NCBI GenBank assembly: GCA_036630325.1
Contig: CP142731.1
Coordinates: 930,001-994,000 of the forward strand
DNA: 64,000 nucleotides
Source: Vairimorpha necatrix
Taxonomy: Eukaryota
Direction: 5' to 3'
The translations under genes and the position numbers were made by a program. Shown in pieces: positions 13,601-23,720 of this stretch. The first letter of the stretch is position 1. Each line of letters begins with the position of its first letter. The notes under the pieces were generated by a model. That model had not been told where the DNA came from. It saw nothing but the letters and a program-made list of their open reading frames with translations, and did no database searches.

Positions 13601-13738
13601 TAGAGACTCATCTACTCCATCCAACTCTAGCTTATAAACTATTCTTTTAATTTCTTGTAACATTATTCTGGCCCCTTGACCACAGCCATCACTTGTTGAC
13701 TCTCGATTTGGTATCGCCCCCATGTATTTATTTATCAT
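10667..13738 (-). CDS. Gag-Pol polyprotein (CCHC nucleocapsid, reverse transcriptase, RNase H, integrase); no protease motif seen
   Basis: CFYCGRFGHMARDC; RT IDLKEGF, MVMGYKNSP, YMDD; RNase H TDAS, EKE, TDHKAL, ADALSR; integrase H-x4-H..C-x2-C, ALD, TDNG, GRVER. The track start at 13771 borrows a TSD base; the likely start is 13738 (after CCC) or 13723. Confidence 0.93.
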   Translation of the reverse strand: MINKYMGAIPNRESTSDGCGQGARIMLQEIKRIVYKLELDGVDESLWKARIYEMGSEEVKNFMVERIKKEDSWSLIIEEMEKEVRKDELKKKEEEDKSKMMEIIAESVRGTVREELANRGALGKIREETTRVRSRDCFYCGRFGHMARDCFVRKRKEEDNKNKHFNKYLIVHEESGSTSTELSAQEYRKCGEAKRKQNSKRRGMREDRIEEGLVIEDIKAKFREIFDLQQEEIVHCKIEKCKIETPPGKKVVKRGQTIPQALMEKTEKYIKSLEERKIIRRSTSEWRNPIRAIVKPNGGVRLVSNLMSLNDLVEKDPYELSNIRDIVRATQGSKWFTVIDLKEGFYHVEIEEEDKHKTDFEFNRKVYEWNSMVMGYKNSPQILQRIMNQIFEDLQGEGVEVYMDDIVIHARTKRRHDKLVIEALERLKRHKMRLNIEKIQFSQQLVKLLGVTLNGTDIEANEIKKNEALEFPQPTSVSETRRFLGMTGWFRNFIKNYAGLTIHLTDSLRGKDKKWEWTVEMNREFLELKEVLRAMGKLRLPDYRKEFILRTDASNVGIGAVLLQKNDKDEWVAIQWSSKKLTPTETRYTISEKEMYAVFWGIKRFEYELRGRKFKIETDHKALVEIRNKPCFNNNRINRWIEKIQEFDFTIEYKKPEEMVVADALSRIHMEDDEKKKKIRERTAKQIEGKWKAHVDDAEGKKYWRFDSGRKVEIPPEESRESLMQEYHEKVGHRCMTSVYYAMRERFYWPGIKKDINETIRKCVQCQIYNRKRLGGCEFVDTTRYLEKVALDLIDFRDAGKYVLVAIDYYTRRVWGTVMENKTGKNVTEFLSKLCEQGKKPEEIITDNGREFINEGFRELCNRLEIKHRKVSVESHRSNGRVERVIGTLRESILKTKEGTFAEKVMGSIEKYNMSYHTALKCTPIEATEDKTGHVMIENSPQGKYGKLFNRGKREKFKVGEYVRVAKKENLKGADKYSKGRFLESGKIIERCGNDSYIVKLVNGRYVKKRHYDLKSLLGLRIK
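13705..13722 (-). other. Primer binding site, TGGGGGC..., tRNA-Pro-like
   Basis: Directly follows the 5' LTR CA; first 7 nt equal the classical tRNA-Pro PBS start TGGGGGC. Confidence 0.65.
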
Positions 13739-13770
13739 AATGAGGGTAAAAATTATCAAAATATATAACA
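13723..13770 (-). repeat. 5' LTR (48 bp) containing AATTT, CCC-ATG and AATAAA
   Basis: Identical to 10596-10643. Confidence 0.95.
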
Positions 13771-13803
13771 TTACATAATTTTTATATTACATAATTTTTA
13801 TAT
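13771..13803. repeat. Right-hand remainder (~2 units) of the 16-bp minisatellite
   Basis: TTACATAATTTTTATA x2. Confidence 0.9.
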
Positions 13804-15067
13804 TTATATAAAAAAGTCATCAAAGGACATTTTAGTAGTTGTTATACGTGTTGCTCAAGAAAATAGAGGTTAATTTTACAGGAAAATATAGAATAACAGA
13901 ATTTAAATGACTCTATGGACTTATCATTTCTCTTCATAATACCCAAATTTTTTTCAGCAAAAGTTTGTAAAATTTCACATGGTTAACACAAACCATTGTC
14001 TTAGACGAATATATAAAAGAAAAAAGTTTACGATAAATATGCAATTTCATCAGACTCATCTCGCTTTTCTAATAATACCCTGCAAATATAAATTGCTTAT
14101 TTTACGCACTAATTTGGAAATTATTTCATATAGTTACGTTATTCGGCAAATAATAAAACAATACAAACTAGCGAAAAGAACATAAAAGATTTTACAAAAT
14201 TCTTTTCTCATGGAATAATTGCCTAATAATACACTTGAGAGTACTTCAATGCTTTTTCGGAATAGAGAAGTTTTAAATTAGAACGATAACAGAAAAGAGA
14301 ATTGGAACAGTCGTCCAAAACTCAATTGTTTTATTTAGATTTTCAGTTATTTTACAAAAATAAAACTTTAAGAAATATATAAAAAACTTCTACCTTATGG
14401 GATAGTAAATATGCAGTAAAATTTCAACTGATTTTAGTAAAAAATCTATTTAATGGCTCATGTCTTCAAAAAAATTTCTACATTTTATTTTGTTTTCTTT
14501 TCTATTTAAGACGAATTATTTGAATAGTTTTATAAAAAAGCGCAAAGTTTATACTAAAAAGTTTGAATTTACAAATGTATATTCCATCATTTTAAATGAA
14601 AACTATATAAAAATTTCCTAGTTTTGTATATAGAATTAAAGTCAATATTGCATAACTCACGTCATTAGAACAATTTGAAGTCTTATAATTGATTCAATAC
14701 TTTTTTGCACATTGCAGTAGTTTTTTCAAAAATATGGAACAAATTCAATTTTTCGAACCGTAAAAAAAGCTAAATGTTTCTTATAAACATAAAAATATTC
14801 AAATGGTCTATGTAAAACGAGGACTTATTATTTGATCCGTTTGATGAATTAAAAAGTAAAAAAAAAGTAACGGATTCTTCTAGTTTTTTCCATTACATTC
14901 GAATCTACATAGCATCATATAAAAATCAGAAATAATAATGTTCATTGACGTACAAACACTGCGAATGAAAAAAACATAAAACTAACATACCCTTAATATA
15001 TTGTTTATTGAAAAATACTTTTTAAAATTTTTTCATAAATATCATCAGGAACTCTTTTTGAATATCG

Positions 15068-15859
15068 TTATTCAATAGTCTGTGAATTAACTTTTCCATA
15101 ATCAATGGTTTGCAACACATTTCCGTTATTATAAACATTTTGTTTATGTTGATTGAGCCTATTAATATTATTTTCATTTTTACGGGACGTTATATTTCGT
15201 CTTATTTTTTTTGCAATAAATAAATAGTCTGCATTGACAAACACATTTTGAAATATATAGTTTTTCTTCTTTTCCATTTCTACTGTCAAATGTTTATCAA
15301 TATATAATTTTAAATCATTTGAAGTAAGGCTTTTAGTATTGAAATTAATACATAAAAGTGTAGCATATATATTTCTAGTTTTTTCTGCAAAAGATTTTGT
15401 AAATTCAAATATTTCTCCTTTCCTCTTACCATAATAGATTTTATGTAGATTTTCATTTCTTAGTATTGCATAGTATAAATTAAAGTTAATGTCTTCCCTA
15501 CCAATGTTATATTGCAAATAAACTGGTATAAAATCTTGAACATTTTTTATGGGGAAATTAATGTTATCCAGAACCAAATTAAACAATATTCTTGATATTT
15601 TTTCTGCTTCGTATTCGACAAATTCAGTCATCAGAAATGTATGAGCCGTTTGATGAAGTAAATGACAGCAGTCTCTAATCTCATTTTTTAAATTGTTTCT
15701 TTCTTTTGACTTTGAAGAGTTCTTGATCACCTTTTTTTCTGTGGTTTCTGTTTGTGTATGAACATTCATACTGGAATGCCTTAATCTTGTTTCTGTTTCA
15801 CTGCTACTTATTGATTGATATATGTGTAAAAACAATTTTAAGCTCAGAAAAAACATCAT
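15068..15859 (-). CDS. Putative secreted protein, 263-aa family, copy 1
   Basis: Hydrophobic N-terminus; family motifs ETET, DCC, LFNLVLDNINFPI, TLLCINFN; CCCCC before ATG. Confidence 0.85.
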   Translation of the reverse strand: MMFFLSLKLFLHIYQSISSSETETRLRHSSMNVHTQTETTEKKVIKNSSKSKERNNLKNEIRDCCHLLHQTAHTFLMTEFVEYEAEKISRILFNLVLDNINFPIKNVQDFIPVYLQYNIGREDINFNLYYAILRNENLHKIYYGKRKGEIFEFTKSFAEKTRNIYATLLCINFNTKSLTSNDLKLYIDKHLTVEMEKKKNYIFQNVFVNADYLFIAKKIRRNITSRKNENNINRLNQHKQNVYNNGNVLQTIDYGKVNSQTIE

Positions 15860-17199
15860 AGGGGGCTACCCACTATTTTATTTATAGTTTTTAATTACTA
15901 AATAAAAATTATTGTTTTAAATATCAATCGTTTTATTGTGATTTATATTTAATTCTTTAGAAAATATAAATTAAAGATTTTATTTAATTTGAAATTAATT
16001 AAAATGATAAATCAAAATTTAATGAAATTTTTATAAATAATTTGGTATTTTAATATTTCTTCATTTTTTGTCTTTGGAATCATCATATTAAAACAAATTA
16101 TTAGTTTAATATTAATCATTTAGAAAATGTAAGTTAACGATCAAAATTTATAACATTATTAATTTTTCATAAATATGCTTACTGATTAAAAACGATTTAG
16201 GTGGTAAAATTATCAGAGTTGCAAATTAATAAAAATGGTATTTATGGAAAGAAGTTATCAAAAAAAAAAACTAAAAAAAATCTATATAAACATTAATACC
16301 TAGAATGTGTTTTAGTGGCAAAAACGCACAAATATTAAATCCATGATTTATTGTGGTGTAAGTACCAAATTGCGAACAAAGGTTTTCATTGGAAAAAAAT
16401 TATGTTTTGTCCATATAAAACCACATTCAACATTTAAGATAAAAATTGAATATAGCAATGTTCCCTTATATGATTTAATATGTAGTATTTTAGGATACGG
16501 TAAAATACCAGCTTGACAATAGATAAGCTTAATGGATTAAAGATTTAATAAAAGCACTTAAAATCTATACAATGGGTATGGAACTTTATAATCCATAAAA
16601 TCAATTTAAAATAAAGATAAAATTTTATACAATCCAAGAATTTTTTTGAGGGTTGGTTATTCAAATGGGGAGCAAACTTAAGTAAAATATTTTTTTGCAT
16701 TAGAGATGAATGACCAATTTTATTCTTTTTCATTTAGTTAGATGCAATATTTTTATATTATTCATTTGATCTTAAGCAGCTCAAAGTAAAAAATAAATTT
16801 TAAATAAAGAAAACAGCGATATAAACAACGATCTTTTCTTTCTAAAAAAATAATGATTTTCATACTATACACAAGAAGACGCATTTAAGGTCTAAAGCTA
16901 TTATAGTAATATATGCATTGTAATTTCACAACTCTGGCGCAATTGTTTGGCCACGACCTTCACTATTTTTTTATGTTCTAAAATCGGCCCAATACCGTAA
17001 AGTGGAAAACTTTTTTGAATTAAATAGCCATAAGATGAAAATTTACAGATTTGCCTTAATATTATCTAAATTAATATTCCTTGAGTTACAAATCTTTTTA
17101 TATTTTTTAAAAGCAATTTTACACATAAGTCGTTTCTGGGGACTCGTAATGACATTTCAAAAACATTCAAAGACTATATGAGAAATTATGAAGGCTAGT

Positions 17200-17830
17200 A
17201 GATGAAAAAACAATTTAGTTAACGAAATTATCGGGATTAGAGGCATTAACCTTCGAAAGGGTATAAAATTGATGGATACAAATATTAATATAAAGAAAAG
17301 ACTGGATTGAAAATTTCATTTCAATGTTTGGTAAAACCTTTTTTTTCCTTCTTTCATATACCTATTCTTAATGATTTGTATATTCTATATCTATTTACTT
17401 ATAAACTGTTCATATTTAATACTAACAAAACTTCTCAGGGGTCGGCTTTTAATTCTTTAGGGCCAAAGGTTAATTTACGAAACACCGAAAAATGAAAAAA
17501 ACAAACATAAAAAATAGGAAGGGATGAAGAAGTGACACAGATCAAATAAAGTTTTGCGTAGCGGAAAATTTATGCATATAATCATGGGGAATTTTTGAGA
17601 TTGTTAAAATCTGTATTTAACAGGGAAAATAAATTGGCTTACTTTCAAACTATGAATTCAATAGTGGGCAAATATACTATTTCTACCAGATACAAAATTT
17701 AGAAATATATATAAAAAAGAAGAATTTTTATGACTGATTGACATCAATCTCATCCCAAAGCAATCAGTTCAATCAACGGGAAATACCGCGTTATTAATCA
17801 CGACGGAAACTTTAAAAATAAGTGTTTGAA
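17200..17830 (+). mobile_element. Decayed Merlin (IS1016/IS1595-like) transposase relic
   Basis: TFFSFFHIPI..LYILYLF, IGRDEEVTQI(K*)SFA*RK (cf. IGG...VQIDES.F.KRK), MTD(W) and RVINHDGNF (cf. TVNHS.NF) occur in the expected order. Confidence 0.6.
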
Positions 17831-18109
17831 GACTACTAATTAAAAAAAAAAGAGGGTTTCAAATTTTAATTATATTTTTGAATTATTAAAGAAATAAAAA
17901 TAGCCTTATATTTTATTTTTTGAAAAATAAATCGAATAATTATGCATTTTCTAAGATTCTTTAAGATTCTTTTTAATTTTTTTCTTCAGAAAAACTAAAC
18001 TTATAATTTTATTTTTCTAGTTTCTCTTTTGGAGAGAAAAAAGAAAGCGTCTGTGGCTTTGTTTAAGAGCTTAAATGATTAGAAATTTTTTTTTATTTTA
18101 AAAATTTGC

Positions 18110-18620
18110 TTTAATAATTTTTTTCGTCCTGCTATCTCTATTTAAGTTTTTTACATTATTTGTCAAAATATTTATAACTTCAAATGATAATCTACACCCG
18201 CTCCCTATAAGATTCTTGAGTTTCCCTAAAAATACTATTTTTATTAGTACGAAATCGTACTTCAATTATGCTTTTTTTAGAAATTAAGATTTACTATGAG
18301 ATACTTATTTCGGCCTCTGATTTATACAAATTCAATCCCCAGACATTTGTCTTCTTATTTTTATATTTTTTGTTGTTTCTTTTATGATTGAATCTTTTTG
18401 TCATTTTTGCCTGATGGCGCATTCATTCTGGCAAGCCAACCTCGTCTTTGACATTTATTACTCCTGCTAATGCTAATTTATCAAAGCCTTAAATTTTGTA
18501 TCGCCTGGTTCATTTATATTAATGAATATTGTTTATAATCATAATTTCGTATATAAAAGCTGGCTATGTACATAAAAGAGTATCTCTAATTGAAATAATG
18601 TCCTAGTTATTGTTATTCAT
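18110..18620 (-). pseudogene. Older pseudogene copy C of the thioredoxin-reductase-like gene
   Basis: Colinear but diverged match to 37333-37833 with indels and stops; upstream 18621-19330 matches 7325-8050. Confidence 0.8.
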
Positions 18621-21331
18621 CAAGGGATAGAAAAATTTGCAAAATGGACAATTTTTAAATTATTGTATTAAGAGACCATAAATTAATTATACATCAAAAA
18701 CAACAATTAACAAAGAAAAAAGTACCGAAAGATTGTCCTTAAAATCGTAAAAAGCGAAATATATGTTCTTATATTTATTCATTATACTACATATGAATAC
18801 CTTGTATACGATGTTTTATGTCTATTATAAATAATTTATATTTTTTATTTTTACATCATATAAAGCGTTTTCTTCTTATATTTATTCAATTTTACATAGC
18901 TTCAATTTTTTTACGCTTTCATCTAATAAGGGATTTAATTGACGTTGTTCTGGTCTATTTTAATGCATTTGTTTGCTTAATACTTAATCAAACTTCGACC
19001 GACTCAGCAAACAATTGAATTTTATTACCAATAGACAGAAAACTTTTTTTGGTTCAGAGGTCCATGAAAAAAGAGTTAAAAATGCTTTTACTATGATAAC
19101 TAAAAGATTTGTAATCCATTGCGATTTTTAAAGATCACGTCTTATTCGTTTTTCATAGCGCTTTACTTATAGATTCTGATCTCAAAAGGTCCTTTTGAGA
19201 AAAATATTATTTTTCGATGTAAATAACAACTTCTATTGTATTTATAGGCTTTCAACTTTAAATAATTTAAACTTTATATAGATAATTTTCTGATATTTTC
19301 TACCGTTTTAATATCATATTATCTTGTGTTAATTTATGACGTCCTTTTTAAATATATTTTTTTCTTCTTAGTAAAAAATCATTTTTTGGACTTAGCCGTT
19401 TTAGTTCCATGTTAAGTCATGACAAGACTTGGAACAAGTTCTTTTATGATAAACTAATGTTTTTTTTTGTAAAAAAAACTAGAAAAATTAAATTTTCTTT
19501 CGAAGTACTATGTATTTTACTCGTGATCACTAATATTCATTTTTATTATGAGATTATACTTCTTAATTAACAAGATATATTTTCCCCTACAATTATATAA
19601 AAAGCATTTGTGCTTTTTTTACAGTCTTTACAGCATTTTATGAAATATGATTCAAAACCTTTAATATTAGATTTTAAAACCCCAATTGTGTCAAGTACTT
19701 ATAATCTTAATTTTAAGACATACAAGAATTATAAATACGACTTTTTGGTAAACACTATGCCTTTTTTACAATAGAAGCGATAAAAAAAATCTCTAAAATA
19801 TGAATTGTGACAGAAAATGATCAATTAAAAAAGCAGACATATAAAATTTACTATCAGACGCGGACAAAAGTATATATACAAAATAATCCCTTTACATGGC
19901 TTATAAATAGTGACACTTTCAAGCAGATATGGGTTTGATACTGACCAGAAAAGGCTAATTGAATATATAATAAAATTTTTCTGAAAGAATACGTGTCGAT
20001 AACCGAGAAAATTTAGCATAGTGTTTAAAATATTAGGTATTGCTCCTAGATTTATTTTTTATATCTTTTAAACTTTATTCTTTTCGCCTTTATAAGATTT
20101 TAGCGTTTTTTCCTATCTATATACGAATTCTAAAATTCATCTAATCATTTATGAAAAATGTGATTTATTTTATTTTGATTAAACAAGTTTTCAACATTTT
20201 TTACAAAACCATATTTATAGACTCCTATTTATAAAGATATATACTGATATTATACTCAAAAATCAAAGGTAAACAAAAAATATACTATAAAAATTAGCAT
20301 AACTCCAAATAAAAAATTATCATTACGTTATGAGATAAAATTAAACACGAAAAACACTTGGCTTGTCATAAAATCAATTCAGAAATTTTCTTTGTAAGCA
20401 GGAAGTGAATACTGATAAAGTACCAAGAAAATATTGGAAAGTACCTAGAGGATTTCTTTTCTTTTTTATGCAATAGATATGTTTAATAATACATACAAGG
20501 GTTGTCGTTTATTTTGTTCTTATATATGTATATATAATTTTAATGCAAAATTCGACTTGAATTTTTTTCTTTGCAACTCTGGTCGTTATACGACATCTTC
20601 ATTGTCAATATTGACGAACCTTAAATATAGCAATTAACTCGATTTTTTAGATACATTCCTTTTTTTAATTCTAAATAATTTCATTCAAAATACAGCTCGA
20701 ATGCTTATATATATAAAGAATAGTTTTGAACATTTATTTATTGACTCTTGTTTATAACAAAGACTTATAAATTTTGAGAAGAAAATGCAATAATAGAAAA
20801 AATATGAACTTGTAAATTTAAACTGACATACAAACATACAAAAGGTGTATAAAAAAGTTTAAATTGGTTTTATAATAAAACATTAAACCTTGTCGGGGAA
20901 TCACATTGTAACAAAAATTTTATATTTCATAAATTCAATTATTTTTTTGGCATAGAATAAATTTTTTTTTTATAATTTAAAAAGCCAATTTTTTTAGAAC
21001 ATAAAAATGAAAAAGACTATTTTTAAAAAAATAAATGATAGATGCCTTAATGTATGCAAAATAAATATAATTTTCAAAACTTGGACCTACTTAATATTCG
21101 ATGTATCAAACAAGTACTAAATCACTGAAAACCAAACCATTTTAGGATATTTAAATCCCTTATCTGCATTTTTATTAAATATTGTTATTAGGAACATGAA
21201 TTAGCCCAACAATACTTTTTATATACTATTTTACATGTAAAAAAATAGATAATAAATTACCCTTAATATTTCATTTATTGCCAAATAATTAACTTACTAA
21301 TAATATCATCGGGAACTCTTATTGAATAATA

Positions 21332-22123
21332 TCATATAGATACAGATAATCTGTATCTTTCATAACTAATTGGGTCCATCACTTTTCCGTTAGCATATCC
21401 TAAATTTTTATCTTGATTGAGCCTACTAAAATATAAATCATTTTTAAATGGTAAAATATAATGTTTTATATTTTTTGCAATTAAATAATCATCAGAAACA
21501 AACACTTTTTTGACAATATATTTTTTCCTTTTTCCCATTTTAATTGTCATATGTTTGTCGATATACAAAGATATTTCGGCCATTGAAAGCCGAAAAACAT
21601 TAAAATCAATACAAAGAAGTGTCTCATACATATTTCTGGTTTCTTTAGCTAAAGATCTTGTAAATTTAAATATCTCGTCTTTTTCTTCCCCATCATGAAT
21701 TATTTGTGAATTTTCATTTCTTAGTAAAGCATAATATAATTCATAATTTATGTCTTTTTTATGAATGAAGTATTTTGAATCCATTGACAAAATTTCTTTA
21801 GTATTCTTCCTTATAGGAAAATTAATGTTATCCATAACTAAATTAAACAAATTTTTTGCTATCTCTTTTGCTTCATAATCAAAAAATTCCGTCATCTGAA
21901 ACATAGGAAATTTTTGATGAAGTAAATAGCAGCAATCTGTAATTTCCTTCTTTATACTGTTTAATTTTTTTAATTTTTTCGACTTTTTTTTAGCAGCTGA
22001 TTTTTTGATTGTTTCAGGCTGTGTATAAACTTTTATAATGGGATGTCTTAATCTTGTTTCTGTATCACTACTACTTAAGGATTTATATATATGTAAAATA
22101 AATGTAAGGTACACAAAAAACAT
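21332..22123 (-). CDS. Putative secreted protein, 263-aa family, copy 2
   Basis: Same motifs as copy 1; CCCC before ATG; upstream ~300 bp resembles that of copy 1. Confidence 0.85.
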   Translation of the reverse strand: MFFVYLTFILHIYKSLSSSDTETRLRHPIIKVYTQPETIKKSAAKKKSKKLKKLNSIKKEITDCCYLLHQKFPMFQMTEFFDYEAKEIAKNLFNLVMDNINFPIRKNTKEILSMDSKYFIHKKDINYELYYALLRNENSQIIHDGEEKDEIFKFTRSLAKETRNMYETLLCIDFNVFRLSMAEISLYIDKHMTIKMGKRKKYIVKKVFVSDDYLIAKNIKHYILPFKNDLYFSRLNQDKNLGYANGKVMDPISYERYRLSVSI

Positions 22124-23099
22124 CTTTGGGGTTTAATTAATAATTTTATTTATAGTTTTTATTTATTACAGAATATATTAAATTACAATAAAGCTCTTAT
22201 ATCTAAATTTAATTATATTTAACTCTTAAAGAAAATATAATTTAGAGGTTTATTTAAATTGGATAATTAAATTAAATGATAAATAAAAGCTTAATAAAAT
22301 TTCCAAAAATTATTGATATTTACACTTAATGTGTTTTTATCTTTTATTACATTATTATCAAAACAAATTAGTTAGTTCAATATAAAATATTTATAAAATA
22401 TAAGTTTAAGATCAGCTCTGAAAGTAATTTCGATTTTCTATTTATATATTTTTTTGCAAGTTATAGCGAAAAAAATCGAAAATCTTATGTTAGATAAAAG
22501 GTATACGTGTCGTATAATTGAACGATTTATATTTTACGCCACTATACACATATGTAAATACTGGTTTTCTATTTTTAACTCTTAGAAACAAAAACTGAAG
22601 CGAAAAATGTTAAAAAAACGAACTAGAATTTGCTATATACGAGAACTTAACGTTGTCCTGTTTGACTAAAAAATACTAAAAACAAAATAATGTCCCCCTA
22701 TAACTTATGTCCATAATCAACCTTTAATCAACTTCTGATATTGTATAAATATTTAAAATATAATAAAAATATCGTTATATTCTATGTTTATAATATCAAA
22801 CTTTACATTTGTTTATAATTTTGTTGAAGTTTTGGTACAGTTTTTGGAATAATCAAAAATATTTTACAATATATTAATTTTTTTTTACTTCTTTTGTTTT
22901 TATAGACATATAAAAAAGAAAAAAAGTAAAATTCTTTTAAAAGCTTATTGAGACAAAACAACATCTTTTTTATAATTTTGATTCAATTGGGGGTTATGGG
23001 TATTTTCTTGTATTTGTTAATTATATATTTCATGCAAATCCCATAATTTATGTCATTGGTGACCACAAAAAGTCTCATTATATTCATATTAGTATGATA

Positions 23100-23720
23100 T
23101 GAGAAGATTTAAACAATAATAGTGGAAAATAATACATCATAGGTAACTAATTATCGACTCTCTTAATTGTACTATGTTAGGATACCAAAGAGTAGCCAAT
23201 CAAACTAACTTTCAAAGTAGGCAGATAGGCCCATAAAGTATAAATTGATAACCATTTTCTATTTCCGACGACCTCAAACTCCACGAAGCTTATGAATAAA
23301 GAAACCAGTTATATTCCTGTGGATTAGATATTTACAAAAGTACGTAATAATTAACTGTAAATAATGCGACGATGAGAAAGAGATGCCAACGCGCACACAA
23401 AATGTTAAATGAAAAAAAATCCTAAGCCCCCTTTTTGCCCAAATGAGGACTTTGAAAATATGAACCAAATATTTTATAAGGGCAGAAGGGGTGCAAGACT
23501 CCTTTAATGGAGTAAATTTGAGTTGTGCAAAAAGAACGTATATTATAGAAAGAGATTTATGATTATTTGTTTAGAGGAAGTGATATACTATAAAGGTCTA
23601 GAGCATATATATATATTGACATACAATTTTATGTATAAAAACAATTTACAGCTTGCTTGTAATGAAGACTATCCAATCTTGATTTAAATTATGATAAGAT
23701 CCAAATTATTGATGATAGAA
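23100..23720 (+). mobile_element. Decayed non-LTR reverse transcriptase fragment
   Basis: NHFLF/DDLKL (cf. NHLLFxDDLKL), with a YKxL(G)-like motif downstream. Confidence 0.45.

Larger units (their letters stand above)
10596..13770 (-). mobile_element. Full-length Ty3/gypsy LTR retrotransposon, 3175 bp, with 48-bp identical LTRs and 5-bp TSD TTACA
   Basis: TG..CA LTRs at 10596-10643 and 13723-13770; TSD at 10591-10595 and 13771-13775; PBS, PPT and a single polyprotein ORF in RT-RH-IN order. Confidence 0.95.

Noticed and set aside
13769-13771. ORF-track start of the 1034-aa protein
   Set aside because: The ATG is built from a TSD base plus the LTR's TG, so it is not element-encoded
13830-14330. 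Possible MULE relic (HCLRRI, NNTLES)
   Set aside because: Only two short motif hints; cannot be supported by eye
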